A DNA stretch of 64,000 bases, from the IMG/VR virus record IMGVR_UViG_3300035521_000566; one strand, 5' to 3'. Position numbers and translations under genes: made by a program. Origin of the DNA: a virus. Its lineage: Duplodnaviria > Heunggongvirae > Uroviricota > Caudoviricetes. Positions within the stretch are counted from its first letter, which is position 1; each line of letters begins with the position of its first letter. Under the pieces are notes generated by a model, which worked only from the letters and a program-made list of their open reading frames with translations, was not told the origin of the DNA and made no database searches. Below, piece by piece: positions 38,452 to 48,242 of the stretch.

Positions 38452-39414
38452 ATGTATATGCTGAATCCAGAAATGCAACAATTCACCGAAGAACTAATTA
38501 ACTATATTGAGAGATTCATTGTATCTGGCACCAGTTTTATCAGAGGTGCAGTCTACGATGACAGTTTTAACACTGCTCGTGGTCACGGTATTCAGATTAT
38601 CGTCAATATAAATAACGTAGAAGCACCTGAAATGTTCCGACCTATCTTTTATGTTGAAGACCTGTACGATGAATACAAAGAAGGTCACTCCGTCGCATTT
38701 ATTGCAGAAAAGCTCAATGCCAACTTATCACAGCTGGAGAATGAAATTGAAGATATGTATAATGGTATTTCCAGTCGCAATATTGACCTGGACGATGCTA
38801 TTATTACAATCGTACCAAATGTATTTATTTCAAATGAGAATGACTTAAATAATAAGATATGCCGCAATCATAAAGAACTTGGCTTTACAGAATTTCTGAA
38901 GTGCCCTATTTACAAAAACAGCAATGGCACATATTTTACAGAAATCGGCGTAAACGAAGTTCGGGATAAAAAGATTGCTATTACTGATGAAATATGGGAA
39001 AGAGCAAGACGTAACACATTCAGATATGCAGACATCAATGTAAAATGTATGAACCTCGGTTCTGAAGTAAGTCCGCTGGTACACGCATGCGACAACAATG
39101 AATATGCTAATTTCTTTTACCTGCTGGACCCTGGTTTTCTGTCAAGTTTATGCGACAAAATGAATATCTCAGGATTTTACATCCTGCCAGAAGATGCATA
39201 TGGTACAATGCTCTTGCCTATAAAAAGAATCATAAACAATAATGCTGTATCATACAAGCAAAACTTAAATGCTGAATTTATAGGCACTTACCTGGCAGGT
39301 GTCATAAGTGACAATATTCAAACTGCTGTTCCAATTTATGTATTTGATAATATGGCAAAGAATCCGCAAATCAGACTCTTTGACGATACTGATATAGAGA
39401 ATCTTGCTAACTGA
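38452..39414 (+). CDS. hypothetical protein (320 aa)
   Basis: Track ORF 38233..39414 read through the upstream terminator; in-frame ATG 38452 with SD AGAGAGG is the likely start. Confidence 0.5.
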   Translation: MYMLNPEMQQFTEELINYIERFIVSGTSFIRGAVYDDSFNTARGHGIQIIVNINNVEAPEMFRPIFYVEDLYDEYKEGHSVAFIAEKLNANLSQLENEIEDMYNGISSRNIDLDDAIITIVPNVFISNENDLNNKICRNHKELGFTEFLKCPIYKNSNGTYFTEIGVNEVRDKKIAITDEIWERARRNTFRYADINVKCMNLGSEVSPLVHACDNNEYANFFYLLDPGFLSSLCDKMNISGFYILPEDAYGTMLLPIKRIINNNAVSYKQNLNAEFIGTYLAGVISDNIQTAVPIYVFDNMAKNPQIRLFDDTDIENLAN

Positions 39415-39423
39415 CAAACAGAG

Positions 39424-39472
39424 AACCCCAACATTTCTCATTCTGAGATTTGTCGGGGTTCTTTTTTTTTTT
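39424..39472 (+). terminator. terminator GAACCCCAACA...TGTCGGGGTTC + T11
   Basis: After gene 38452..39414. Confidence 0.55.
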
Positions 39473-39520
39473 ATAATGATTAAGCCAGAAAACACCTATG
39501 CTTTAGCATCGTGGGAGCCT

Positions 39521-39853
39521 TCAATTCAATTCCCAGTAGGCTACAACTTCGTCACTCTCATTATCAAAGAATGACCAGTAATTGCTACCTTCAAGATATA
39601 TTAAATGACCATAGACACATACAATTGCCTTATCAAGTGTCAGGTCTTTTAACAAAGGTCTTTCACCACGCTTAAAATACCTATATCTACGTACATTTAA
39701 GTATTCTCTTACGAATTTATTATTGTCTTTAAGTGTCATCCAGCCATCGTTATGCGATGTCTTATAGATTATAGTCTCGCCTAATGCACAGCTGACAGCT
39801 ACGTTAGAGCAAGGCAATCCTTGTAATTCATCATTTGGAATAATCTGATTCAT
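39521..39853 (-). CDS. hypothetical protein (110 aa)
   Basis: Likely start at MNQIIP (ATG 39853, SD AAGGAGAATACTT), overlapping the stop of the upstream gene by 4 nt. Confidence 0.4.
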   Translation of the reverse strand: MNQIIPNDELQGLPCSNVAVSCALGETIIYKTSHNDGWMTLKDNNKFVREYLNVRRYRYFKRGERPLLKDLTLDKAIVCVYGHLIYLEGSNYWSFFDNESDEVVAYWELN

Positions 39854-40236
39854 AAGTATTCTCCTTGATTTAATTGTTGACGGCAATTTGCCTTTTCTTC
39901 GCTTGCTATCTCGTTTTTAATAAATGTCTCCATAAATCGGTCAGCTGTTTCTTCAGATACACAGTATGCGACATACTCCATTACAGTACCAATTCCATGC
40001 ATAAACACTTCGCTACCGTTCTTAGCGTCATAAAGTCCTTTAAACATATTCGGACTGTCTGGTCCCGCAAGCTTTTTGAATACAATCTCGAATGCTTCCT
40101 GTTCCGTCATTCTTTTCTCTCGAACCAGCTCTTTATCTTCAGCTGAGTTCTTTGATTCTGCATATGCACGATACTTCGCATTCACTGCTTCTGTAATAGT
40201 ATCATTATTTTTATCAGCCATATCTTTGTTCCCCAT
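39850..40236 (-). CDS. hypothetical protein (128 aa)
   Basis: ORF; in operon with flanking small genes. Confidence 0.4.
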   Translation of the reverse strand: MGNKDMADKNNDTITEAVNAKYRAYAESKNSAEDKELVREKRMTEQEAFEIVFKKLAGPDSPNMFKGLYDAKNGSEVFMHGIGTVMEYVAYCVSEETADRFMETFIKNEIASEEKANCRQQLNQGEYL

Positions 40237-40249
40237 TTATTTTAATCTT

Positions 40250-40660
40250 TTAATCACAAGCATCTGCTTCTGTATTTGAATCTACTAATTCTACTGCAAG
40301 CCAAGCTTCTTCATCATTCAAATCATCCTGTATATACTGAGTATATAAGAATACAGCCTGAGAATTAGTTATATTCTGAAATGTATTTATTTTGTCGCCG
40401 AGAACGGACTTTAAATAATCCTCTGTTGCTTCAACAAAAGTATGACAACGGCAGTATTTACAGCCACAAGGTTCGTTATTTTCATAAGAATCAAAATGTC
40501 TGTAATACTGATGCCCACAAATGCATACACGAGAATCTCCATAATCAGGATTGTATTTGTCAATACAACTCACATATTCGTATCTCAAGTACGGAGCATC
40601 TTTCTCACTTATGAGCTTAGCTTCATGCTCCATTCCAAATTCATCTCTAATAACTGCCAT
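40250..40660 (-). CDS. Cys-rich zinc-finger protein (CICGHQYYRH...CGCKYCRCH)
   Basis: ORF; class B promoter 40695-40723 upstream. Confidence 0.45.
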   Translation of the reverse strand: MAVIRDEFGMEHEAKLISEKDAPYLRYEYVSCIDKYNPDYGDSRVCICGHQYYRHFDSYENNEPCGCKYCRCHTFVEATEDYLKSVLGDKINTFQNITNSQAVFLYTQYIQDDLNDEEAWLAVELVDSNTEADACD

Positions 40661-40694
40661 AATTCTACCTCTTTTTATGTTATTTTATATACAT

Positions 40695-40723
40695 ATAATA
40701 ACATAAAAAGACTCATAAATCAA
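40695..40723 (-). promoter_or_regulatory. class B promoter: TTGATT-TATGAGTCTTTTTATGT-TATTAT
   Basis: Upstream of gene 40250..40660. Confidence 0.45.
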
Positions 40724-40731
40724 CAGTTTTT

Positions 40732-41703
40732 TTAATTGTATTTAATCAAATCAGTGCGTCCCATCTGCTGCAAAACACTGTTTTGCATAGCAATGAACTC
40801 TAAACGAGTAACCAGATTTTCATTACCACCGCAATTACCACACCTGCTGCAGCCGTTGCATATCTGCTGATTAGAACAAAACATGCAGTGATTCGTATTA
40901 AATAGCGGCTCATAATAATCAGACTTTGGTATCAGATTACCTTCTGAATCTTTTAATTTGAAATCAATATCATAATACTTTTGATTCAGTCCTGCAAAAT
41001 ATGCTTCGATTGCCTGTCTGCCCTTTTCTGGCATATAATATTCTTTATTGTTAAGTATCAGCCTGGTGCCAGTCTCATACCAACAAAAATTGATTTTATA
41101 TTGTCTGCAGGTATCTGCTATATGCTCAACCCACTTGGCTTCGATTGGACGTGGATTATTGTAATTCTCACCACCGACTGATACTTCTTCTATCTGACCA
41201 CTCATCAGTGCCCGACTAATATCAATATCACTAAGTAATGGTGCTAAGCATAACCCTTTGTGTTTTGCTGGAATATTTAAGAATATATCAATTCGATTAT
41301 CAAACATTTCTTGGTTTTCGCAAGTAATGTTTAACGATACGTTCTCGTACCCGTCACCCCAATCCGATGGCAAGTGGTCTAAGATTCTCTCTGGTCGTTT
41401 GGTTAACAGCCAGAATATAACATCAGACCGCTTTTTAATAATGCCCCACATATCATCACGCCATTCATCAGCTTCGTCAATAAATGTATCTGATGTCATG
41501 TTGACACGAATACGCTCTCCTGACTTGATTTTATATTCACCACTTCTGAACTTCGATAATGGATATTTAAAAGAACCTGTTTTATGAATTTCTGATGAAG
41601 GTGTCTGCACACCTCGCTTTTCATCTAAAGCATACATATAGCAGTTCTTGCAGCCTTCAGAACACTTTTTGCAGCCGTGCCACGGATTCCAAATATCGTG
41701 CAT
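40732..41703 (-). CDS. phage Gp37/Gp68-family (DUF5131) Cys-motif protein
   Basis: N-terminal WNPWHGCKKCSEGCKNCYM signature of the Gp37/Gp68 family; extra C-terminal Cys cluster CMFCSNQQICNGCSRCGNCGG. Track start 41763 overlaps the promoter -35; ATG 41703 with SD AAAGGGA preferred. Confidence 0.5.
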   Translation of the reverse strand: MHDIWNPWHGCKKCSEGCKNCYMYALDEKRGVQTPSSEIHKTGSFKYPLSKFRSGEYKIKSGERIRVNMTSDTFIDEADEWRDDMWGIIKKRSDVIFWLLTKRPERILDHLPSDWGDGYENVSLNITCENQEMFDNRIDIFLNIPAKHKGLCLAPLLSDIDISRALMSGQIEEVSVGGENYNNPRPIEAKWVEHIADTCRQYKINFCWYETGTRLILNNKEYYMPEKGRQAIEAYFAGLNQKYYDIDFKLKDSEGNLIPKSDYYEPLFNTNHCMFCSNQQICNGCSRCGNCGGNENLVTRLEFIAMQNSVLQQMGRTDLIKYN

Positions 41704-41734
41704 AATACTAATCCCTTTCTTATAATATGCATAT

Positions 41735-41763
41735 ATTATAACACGAATATGCTCATTTATCAA
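41735..41763 (-). promoter_or_regulatory. class B promoter: TTGATA-AATGAGCATATTCGTGT-TATAAT
   Basis: Upstream of the DUF5131 gene (start 41703). Confidence 0.5.
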
Positions 41764-41778
41764 CAGAAATTATTTGAT

Positions 41779-42135
41779 TTATAAAAAGCTGAACGCAGTT
41801 TCTGGAACATTGTCTTCGCTGTCAATCATCAATATATTAGCATTTGGCTCCACATCGCCAACTATTACTTCTGGTATGCTTGCTAACTCATCTTCAAGTC
41901 TCTCGATTTTTTGTTTTAACTTTTTATTGTCCTGCTCCAGTTTATAATAAGACAAGTTCTTATTCTTCATCTCTTCGCTTAATGTTGAATAGAGCTTTTG
42001 CAAATTATCGAACGAAGCTGATAATTTAGCATATTCACTGCTAATCAACACTGCCTTGCTCTCTACATCTTCCACAGAATAACCGAAAAACAATTGTTTT
42101 CTGATATTTTTAAAATCCAATAACAAGTCTTGCAT
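41779..42135 (-). CDS. small coiled-coil protein
   Basis: ORF; heptad-rich sequence. Confidence 0.4.
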   Translation of the reverse strand: MQDLLLDFKNIRKQLFFGYSVEDVESKAVLISSEYAKLSASFDNLQKLYSTLSEEMKNKNLSYYKLEQDNKKLKQKIERLEDELASIPEVIVGDVEPNANILMIDSEDNVPETAFSFL

Positions 42136-42196
42136 AATAATAAATCCTTTCTGTCACAAAAAAAATAAGTGTGGCAGTATTCTACCACACTTATCA

Positions 42197-42270
42197 GTAC
42201 CCTGCAAGAGACTCGAACTCTCAACCAAAGCCTTAGAAGGACCATGCTCTAATCCATTGAGCTAACAGGG
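42197..42270 (-). tRNA. tRNA-Arg (anticodon TCT)
   Basis: Hand-folded cloverleaf: acceptor ACCCTGT/GCAGGGT, T-loop TTCGAGT, anticodon loop CTTCTAA. Confidence 0.6.
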
Positions 42271-42277
42271 TGTGTAA

Positions 42278-42353
42278 GTATCTCCGACAGGATTCGAACC
42301 TGCGACAAACCGACGTTCGTAGCGTCGTGCTCTTGTCCGTTGAGCTACGGAGA
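42278..42353 (-). tRNA. tRNA-Arg (anticodon ACG)
   Basis: Acceptor ATCTCCG/CGGAGAT, anticodon stem CGACG/CGTCG, loop CTACGAA. Confidence 0.6.
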
Positions 42354-42361
42354 TATGTAAA

Positions 42362-42432
42362 CAGGCGATAAAGGAATCGAACCTCTGCCCTCAGGGTCAG
42401 AACCTGATTTGCTACCATTACAACAATCGCCT
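42362..42432 (-). tRNA. tRNA-Gln (anticodon CTG)
   Basis: Acceptor AGGCGAT/ATCGCCT, anticodon stem TCAGG/CCTGA, loop TTCTGAC. Confidence 0.55.
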
Positions 42433-42437
42433 ATAAG

Positions 42438-42509
42438 TACGAGTGGAAAGAATCGGACTTTCGTTACTTCCGTATCAGAGAAGTGCTCTACCATTGAACT
42501 ACACTCGCA
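42438..42509 (-). tRNA. tRNA-Ile (anticodon GAT)
   Basis: Acceptor GCGAGTG/CACTCGT, D-stem GTTC/GAGC, loop CTGATAC. Confidence 0.55.
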
Positions 42510-42512
42510 TAA

Positions 42513-42584
42513 AGATTTCGGAGAGAGTCGAACTCTCGTCTACAGGGTTGCAACCTGTCGTCTTAGCCTCTTGACTACGAAATC
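42513..42584 (-). tRNA. tRNA-Cys (anticodon GCA)
   Basis: Acceptor GATTTCG/CGAAATC, anticodon stem ACAGG/CCTGT, loop TTGCAAC. Confidence 0.55.
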
Positions 42585-42590
42585 ATTGAG

Positions 42591-42682
42591 CGTGGATAGT
42601 GAGACTCGAACTCACACACCGCCATAAGACGATTACTCAGAGATTAGCAATCTCTTGCCTTACCAATTAGGCTTATATCCAC
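42591..42682 (-). tRNA. tRNA-Ser (anticodon GCT), long variable arm
   Basis: Acceptor GTGGATA/TATCCAC, anticodon stem AGAGA/TCTCT, loop TTGCTAA, 92 nt. Confidence 0.55.
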
Positions 42683-42689
42683 GAATAAA

Positions 42690-42761
42690 CAGGGCGTATG
42701 GGAATCGAACCCATTCTGCGGGAGTCAAAGTCTCGTGCACTGACCATTATACTAACGCCCA
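42690..42761 (-). tRNA. tRNA-Gln (anticodon TTG)
   Basis: T-arm ATGGG-TTCGATT-CCCAT; loop CTTTGAC; one mismatch in anticodon stem and at 1:72. Confidence 0.45.
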
Positions 42762-42768
42762 ATATAAG

Positions 42769-42842
42769 CAAGTCTGGCAGGAATCGAACCTACGTTGCAT
42801 GGTTTTGGAGACCAGCCGATTTCCAATTATCTTTACAGACTT
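42769..42842 (-). tRNA. tRNA-Trp (anticodon CCA)
   Basis: Acceptor AAGTCTG/CAGACTT; loop CTCCAAA. Confidence 0.5.
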
Positions 42843-42849
42843 ATGATAA

Positions 42850-42934
42850 CGCCGTGCCAGGGATTCGAACCCTGATACCCTTTCGGGATGTCGGTTTTCA
42901 GGACCGATGCTGTACCAATTGAGCCAACACGGCA
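42850..42934 (-). tRNA. tRNA-Ser (anticodon TGA), long variable arm
   Basis: Acceptor GCCGTGT/GCACGGC; anticodon stem TCGGT/ACCGA, loop CCTGAAA; variable hairpin CCCGAAAGGG. Confidence 0.5.
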
Positions 42935-43234
42935 TATTTTGCAAAAATATAAGGAGCTGCCGTTAACGACAACTCCTTAAAAATCTCGAAAGGATATGTT
43001 TTTGAACACTTCTCTCAAGAAGAAATTGATTTATAATGAATAAGCGTTATTACGGCTTTATGCTCGAATATTCAATTCCACGACAAATTGTCCAACTTTG
43101 TATTGATGAACAACTGTTGGACTGGCTAATTCGCTGTGAAATTCTCGAATTATTCATTAAAGCCTTCATAACTTTACTCTCCTTTTCTTAATATAAACTT
43201 AGTATAAATCAAATTGACTCATATGTCAAGCAAT

Positions 43235-43890
43235 TTATGCAGGATAAACCGCATTTTCCCAGCTCATACCCTTTAATATCACAACTGTATCATACTTAAC
43301 AACATGCTTATCTGGTGCTTCATTTATCATGAAATCTTCATCAACTGTAAGATGAACTGGTTCCCAATAGCTGAATATCTTCTTAACAGAGGCATAGACA
43401 TTACGCTGCCATCCGTTTTCACGAGAGCCCTTTTCATATGTATAGAGCTCGAATTTTGGAATATTCAATTCTCTAAAATCAACATGCAGCGTCAGATATG
43501 TATACGGATTTCCCTTGTCAATATTAACATCTATTGGAACATAATATGTAGTAAATGTGTTGTTAATACCAAACTTAAACATAATATACTTGAACTCACG
43601 AAGCTCTGATACGCTTGCTACAAACGGATAACCTTCTGAACACACTTCTGTTTCATAAGTTTTCGTAAGAATAGAATATCCAAGCTTCGGATATTTTATA
43701 TCGTGTCTCTTATCGTCTTTATAAAAAGATTGAGATGTTGCTTCATCGTAAATATCTTTTACTAAAGTAGCGTCAAATATCACATCACTGCAATCTTCGT
43801 ACGGAAAATAAATACCTGCGTTTAATACAATACAACCTTTATCTGTTATGTCTTCGTTTTTCTCAATTATATTTTGAATTGAATTCTTCA
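43235..43890 (-). CDS. hypothetical protein (218 aa)
   Basis: Likely start MKNSIQ (ATG 43890, SD AAAGGAGAAAGAGG); sigma-70-like promoter TTGACA-17-TAAAAT at 43961-43989. Confidence 0.45.
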
Positions 43891-43960
43891 TACCTCTTTC
43901 TCCTTTTACTCTATGTTTTGAAATCATTATGTTAACAAATATTTACTCATATACGAGTGC

Positions 43961-43989
43961 ATTTTATCATGCCAATATTTTACTGTCAA
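43961..43989 (-). promoter_or_regulatory. sigma-70-like promoter TTGACA-17-TAAAAT
   Basis: Upstream of gene 43235..43890. Confidence 0.4.
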
Positions 43990-44107
43990 GACACAAATAT
44001 AACATAATATTATACAAATTCCTTGATTTATGAACGAATTTATGATAACATTACTGTATTATCACTATGTACATTGATAATTCTATATAAGCAAAGGAGA
44101 AGATACG

Positions 44108-44491
44108 ATGGGTTATTCTAGTTCAAGTTCTGCTGCAACTGCATTCGGAGCAGGTATGATTATTTACACAATCGTTCTACTTGCTATAAGCATAGTTATG
44201 ATTGTTGCCATGTGGAAATTATTTGAGAAAGCTGGTAAGCCAGGCTGGGCAGCGTTAGTACCTTATTATAATTTTTATATATTGTTTGACATCATATACG
44301 GTAACGGCTGGAAGATGTTACTCTTGCTGATACCATTTGCCAATTTTGTGTTCTTGATTTTAATGTATGTCAATCTAGCCAAAGTATTTGGCAAATCAGG
44401 CGGCTTCGCTGCTGGATTGATATTCTTATCACCAATTTTTATCCCAATTTTAGGATTCGGAGACGCTTCGTACGAAGGTCCTATAAAGTAG
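44108..44491 (+). CDS. membrane protein (3 TM)
   Basis: ORF; SD AAAGGAGAAG; bidirectional terminator 44526-44552. Confidence 0.45.
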   Translation: MGYSSSSSAATAFGAGMIIYTIVLLAISIVMIVAMWKLFEKAGKPGWAALVPYYNFYILFDIIYGNGWKMLLLLIPFANFVFLILMYVNLAKVFGKSGGFAAGLIFLSPIFIPILGFGDASYEGPIK

Positions 44492-44525
44492 CAACAGGAT
44501 TGTTACATAGTGATAATTGCAATAA

Positions 44526-44552
44526 AAAAGACATTACGCTGCGTAATGTCTT
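44526..44552. terminator. bidirectional terminator AAGACATTACG-CTG-CGTAATGTCTT between convergent genes
   Basis: A-run before and T-run after. Confidence 0.5.
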
Positions 44553-44563
44553 TTTTATTTTGC

Positions 44564-44794
44564 CTATTTATTTGATGTTGTATCTGTAACATCTGTCTCA
44601 AGGTCTTGGTCAAAGAAATCTGGGTCTACACCCCAGCCACCTTCTGAAGCATCATTATTATCGGTATTTGAAACATCTGAAATACTGTTACTACTGCTAT
44701 CATTTACAGCTGTATTAGTCTCATCACTTCTGCAACCTGTGATTATTGCAGCTATGACAACACATAGTGCTATGCTTAATGGTATCTTTTTCAT
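44564..44794 (-). CDS. small lipoprotein (76 aa)
   Basis: Signal peptide + lipobox ITGCRS. Confidence 0.4.
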   Translation of the reverse strand: MKKIPLSIALCVVIAAIITGCRSDETNTAVNDSSSNSISDVSNTDNNDASEGGWGVDPDFFDQDLETDVTDTTSNK

Positions 44795-44797
44795 ATG

Positions 44798-45613
44798 CTA
44801 CTCTCCTTGCTGTGATGCAACATGCGTCCATACGAGTTTTCTGCCGCATCCGCTGCAATAATTATCTGGTTCATCATCAGATGCACCAACTTTTTTGCCA
44901 GATGCAACAACTTTCTTACCGCAGCCTGAGCAGCAATATACTCCAAGTTCTTTGATTTCAATTACATTAGCTATGCTGTCATCATCAGATTTATCGTCTG
45001 CGTCTGATGAATCAGATGTATCATTTTCATCATACATAGGCAACTCATCTTCAGACTCAGTTACATCATCAGGCTCTGTCTCATATTCATCATAAACTGG
45101 AACATTTTCTGGTTCATTCACCTCTGAATCATAATCTTCTTCTATCTCACTTGCGTCTTCCAAAATTTCGTCATGAGTATCAGACTCACTTTCATTTTCT
45201 TCAGATTCGCCTTCTGGCAAGTCTTCTTCAGGACTTTCTGGTACAGGACTTTCTGGTACAGGACTTTCTGGTACAGGACTTTCTGGTACAGGACTTTCTG
45301 GTACAGGACTTTCTGGTACAGGACTTTCTGGTACAGGACTTTCTATACCACTGACTAATACATCCAGTCCATCTATGAATCTGATGTCTGAATCATTGCT
45401 CGTCTTTATACCTTCTTTAAATAGTTCTGCAGTAACACTGTTACACCAATCAAGCCACAATTCATGAACCATACTCTTGTGTTTCAAGTCAAGCGAAATA
45501 CTCACCAACTCCATCAAAGATTGATTGGTCATTGTTATGTTTCGCTCTTTCGCTTCTGACTTCATGGCTTCATACATATCCATTGCTTCAACTGCGTAGT
45601 CTTTGTAATCCAT
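44798..45613 (-). CDS. acidic protein with 8x PESPV pentapeptide repeat and C-terminal double zinc ribbon (CCSGCGKK...CSGCGRK)
   Basis: ORF; 15-bp DNA tandem repeat GGACTTTCTGGTACA x8 at ~45225-45345 encodes the repeat. Confidence 0.5.
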   Translation of the reverse strand: MDYKDYAVEAMDMYEAMKSEAKERNITMTNQSLMELVSISLDLKHKSMVHELWLDWCNSVTAELFKEGIKTSNDSDIRFIDGLDVLVSGIESPVPESPVPESPVPESPVPESPVPESPVPESPVPESPEEDLPEGESEENESESDTHDEILEDASEIEEDYDSEVNEPENVPVYDEYETEPDDVTESEDELPMYDENDTSDSSDADDKSDDDSIANVIEIKELGVYCCSGCGKKVVASGKKVGASDDEPDNYCSGCGRKLVWTHVASQQGE

Positions 45614-45896
45614 ATTGTTATCGCTCCTTTATAAATAAAATCTACTGTAATCCCATGCATTGTTAATAACTTTTTTCTATTGACTCACATTTATCTTCAT
45701 GATATGCTTTGACTCTGACAATACAGCATCAAAGGAGAGGCTAAATTATGTTTAGAAAAATATTTGTTAATCACAAAGCAAATTTAGAAACTGACTATGG
45801 CATTCCATATGGCAAGTATATATGGCTCATTGCTATGGCTGCATTCAGAAATTGCTAATGATAAGACAGAGAGTTTTTTACTCTCTGTATTTTATA

Positions 45897-46808
45897 TTAA
45901 ATACATTTCTTTTTGCTTAGATGATACGGTATTCCTAAACACTTACACTTATACTCCAGACCTTTTACAGTCCTGCCTGGCAGCATTTCTGCAAGCTCTG
46001 CCAGTGTTTTTGAATCTGAATATTCGCACAAAATTTTAATCTCATTATCTGTATAGCTATTCTTTTTCTTTCGCTCACAGCCCAATACATTCAACCTGCT
46101 TATAATTGCACACTCTGTTCGATGAAAATGTTCAGCCATATAAGCAACGCTTTTATTATATTGATTCATCATAACTAATGACCTGTCCTCAGAATCAGTC
46201 CATTCTAAGTTATGCTTGTCTTTATTCCAGCTGCCATCTGACTTTCGCTTTGCTTTCAGCCAGTCTGGTTCGTCGATAAAAAGCAAATTACTAACTTGTG
46301 ATGCATCAAACAAATCCTGATGTTGCTCTAAAAACTCAAGCAACTCGTCTGTATCTATTAGATAATGTCTACGTTTCTGTCCAGACTTGTGCGTTTTTAA
46401 GCCTAAACGAATCCAGGAATATACACGGTCTGACGAAACTTTCATTTCATCACAAATATCTCTTACTGTAAGATAATAAGAATCATGGTTTCTTGGACCA
46501 AGCTTTAAAACAACTGCTCTTTGCTGTAAGGCGTGCCATGTACGCTTATGGCGTCTTACGAGTGTGTCATTACTCACTTCTTCATCCTGCCACTCCGCTA
46601 TAAAATCATTTGTTTCTTCATCTGTCCATCGTCTGCCTTTTGTCATAATACGAACACCCAGCTTCTTTGAACGAAGACGTGTTGCATTTTCAGTTCGACC
46701 AAGCTCCAAAGCTATTTTCTTAAGTGGTCGACCACGATTTGCCATATCTATCAGAATGTCATCATCTTTTGCAGTCCAAGGTCTTTTATTTTTACTCATA
46801 TTAAACAT
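45897..46808 (-). CDS. DNA-binding protein with four Myb/SANT-like HTH repeats
   Basis: Repeats RPWTAKDDDILIDMANRG..., RRWTDEETNDFIAEW..., WTDSEDRSLVMMNQY..., YTDNEIKILCEYSD... Confidence 0.45.
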   Translation of the reverse strand: MFNMSKNKRPWTAKDDDILIDMANRGRPLKKIALELGRTENATRLRSKKLGVRIMTKGRRWTDEETNDFIAEWQDEEVSNDTLVRRHKRTWHALQQRAVVLKLGPRNHDSYYLTVRDICDEMKVSSDRVYSWIRLGLKTHKSGQKRRHYLIDTDELLEFLEQHQDLFDASQVSNLLFIDEPDWLKAKRKSDGSWNKDKHNLEWTDSEDRSLVMMNQYNKSVAYMAEHFHRTECAIISRLNVLGCERKKKNSYTDNEIKILCEYSDSKTLAELAEMLPGRTVKGLEYKCKCLGIPYHLSKKKCI

Positions 46809-46946
46809 TCCATTCTGTCTCGTAATCTTATAAAAGTGTTCATTTTTCTAAATAATAATAACACAAATACTCATATAAAGCAACCAATATACTCATATAT
46901 GAGCAATAAAAATACTCTCGCAGAAACTACGAGAGTGTTTATTTAA

Positions 46947-47021
46947 TTGCGGGAGCTGGATTCGAACCAGCGTATCCCAGGTTATGGAGCCAGTGAGTTA
47001 CCTATCCTCGTCATTCTGCGA
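46947..47021 (-). pseudogene. degenerate tRNA-Met-like copy (3' half identical over 40 nt to tRNA at 48243-48316; 5' half diverged, acceptor stem broken)
   Basis: 46947-46986 TTGCGGGAGCTGGATTCGAACCAGCGTATCCCAGGTTATG equals 48243-48282; upstream half has 3 acceptor mismatches and a disrupted anticodon stem. Confidence 0.5.
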
Positions 47022-47039
47022 TGTTGTAATATAATAAGA

Positions 47040-47480
47040 CTATAACTGGGTTATATACTGGTTAAATGATGTGAGAATATCCAGCATTCTCCTATCACTA
47101 CCACAATCATTCCACATATAATCTTCATCCCATTCGTCTATACACTTATACCTATCCAGAAATCTACGAATAACAAATACTTCATCACTCGTAACACCAT
47201 ATGCAGCAATAAATATATCTTCCATTCCATACAAATTGCTAACTGTCATATCTTCAAGAATTGGAGTCACATACTTAATCTCAAGACCCACTTCTCTAAA
47301 CAAAGATTCCGTAAACTCTCTATCACCTGTATCTCGATTATTAGATTTCATATAATACTGAAACAATGCACAGCAAATATCTTGATGAATCTTGCTCATC
47401 CATTTTTTAAAAAGACCTTTTATGGTCATATTACTCATAATATCATCTGAACTGCTAACTTGATTCTTTGACATACACAT
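47040..47480 (-). CDS. hypothetical protein (146 aa)
   Basis: ORF between the two tRNA-Met-like copies. Confidence 0.4.
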   Translation of the reverse strand: MCMSKNQVSSSDDIMSNMTIKGLFKKWMSKIHQDICCALFQYYMKSNNRDTGDREFTESLFREVGLEIKYVTPILEDMTVSNLYGMEDIFIAAYGVTSDEVFVIRRFLDRYKCIDEWDEDYMWNDCGSDRRMLDILTSFNQYITQL

Positions 47481-47595
47481 TCGCCAAACCTTTCTTCATT
47501 CATTTATGAGAAGATTTTAGCATGACAATATATAATTGTCAATTAAAATACTTACCGAATCCTGTCGCCCCATATTCTATGATATTGACAAAAAA

Positions 47596-47626
47596 AATGG
47601 AAATCTGAAGCACAGATTTCCATTTT
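47596..47626 (-). terminator. terminator GGAAATCTG-AAGCA-CAGATTTCC + T8 (minus strand)
   Basis: Downstream of gene 47634..48173. Confidence 0.45.
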
Positions 47627-47633
47627 AAAGCCA

Positions 47634-48173
47634 TCAATAATTACCTTTTGCAACAACACGGAAAACAGCATTTTTATCAATTCCGTTATGAAATTTTACA
47701 AGATAGAATCCGCTCTTATTTTGCACATCATAAAATAAATCGTCTTCTTTGATAAAATACTGCTGTCCATCTATGGTACATACATTATTTTTCTTAAATC
47801 CGAAATATTCAGACATTGTTTGAATAAGTTCTCGCTGTATCAATCTTACTTTCTTTTTGTCAGTAATTACAGCATCGGCAAACTCAAATGTAGTTTCATT
47901 CATCATTTTACTTTTGTGTCTAATATTATAAACCTTACCAGTTAAATAAATGAATCCTGTTACACAAATTAAAATACTTACGCCAAGCAATATGTCAAGC
48001 CAGCCAAGAGAATTCATTGCAAAATCCCATGCAATCAATATAATCATGAGTATAGTTACTAAGAAAATAACCGAACTATACGTCTGACCTCGTTTTGCTG
48101 ATACAAGATATTCTCTTGAGAATCTGACAGATAATGCTTCGCTTAACTTTTTATCAGCTACCTTTGTTTCCAA
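47634..48173 (-). CDS. membrane protein (179 aa, 2 TM)
   Basis: ORF; terminator 47596-47626 downstream. Confidence 0.4.
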   Translation of the reverse strand: METKVADKKLSEALSVRFSREYLVSAKRGQTYSSVIFLVTILMIILIAWDFAMNSLGWLDILLGVSILICVTGFIYLTGKVYNIRHKSKMMNETTFEFADAVITDKKKVRLIQRELIQTMSEYFGFKKNNVCTIDGQQYFIKEDDLFYDVQNKSGFYLVKFHNGIDKNAVFRVVAKGNY

Positions 48174-48242
48174 GAAAAAAAATTACTCCTTTCTTAACTT
48201 AATAAAACTCCTGTAACTAAATAAAATTACAAGAGCTTTTAG

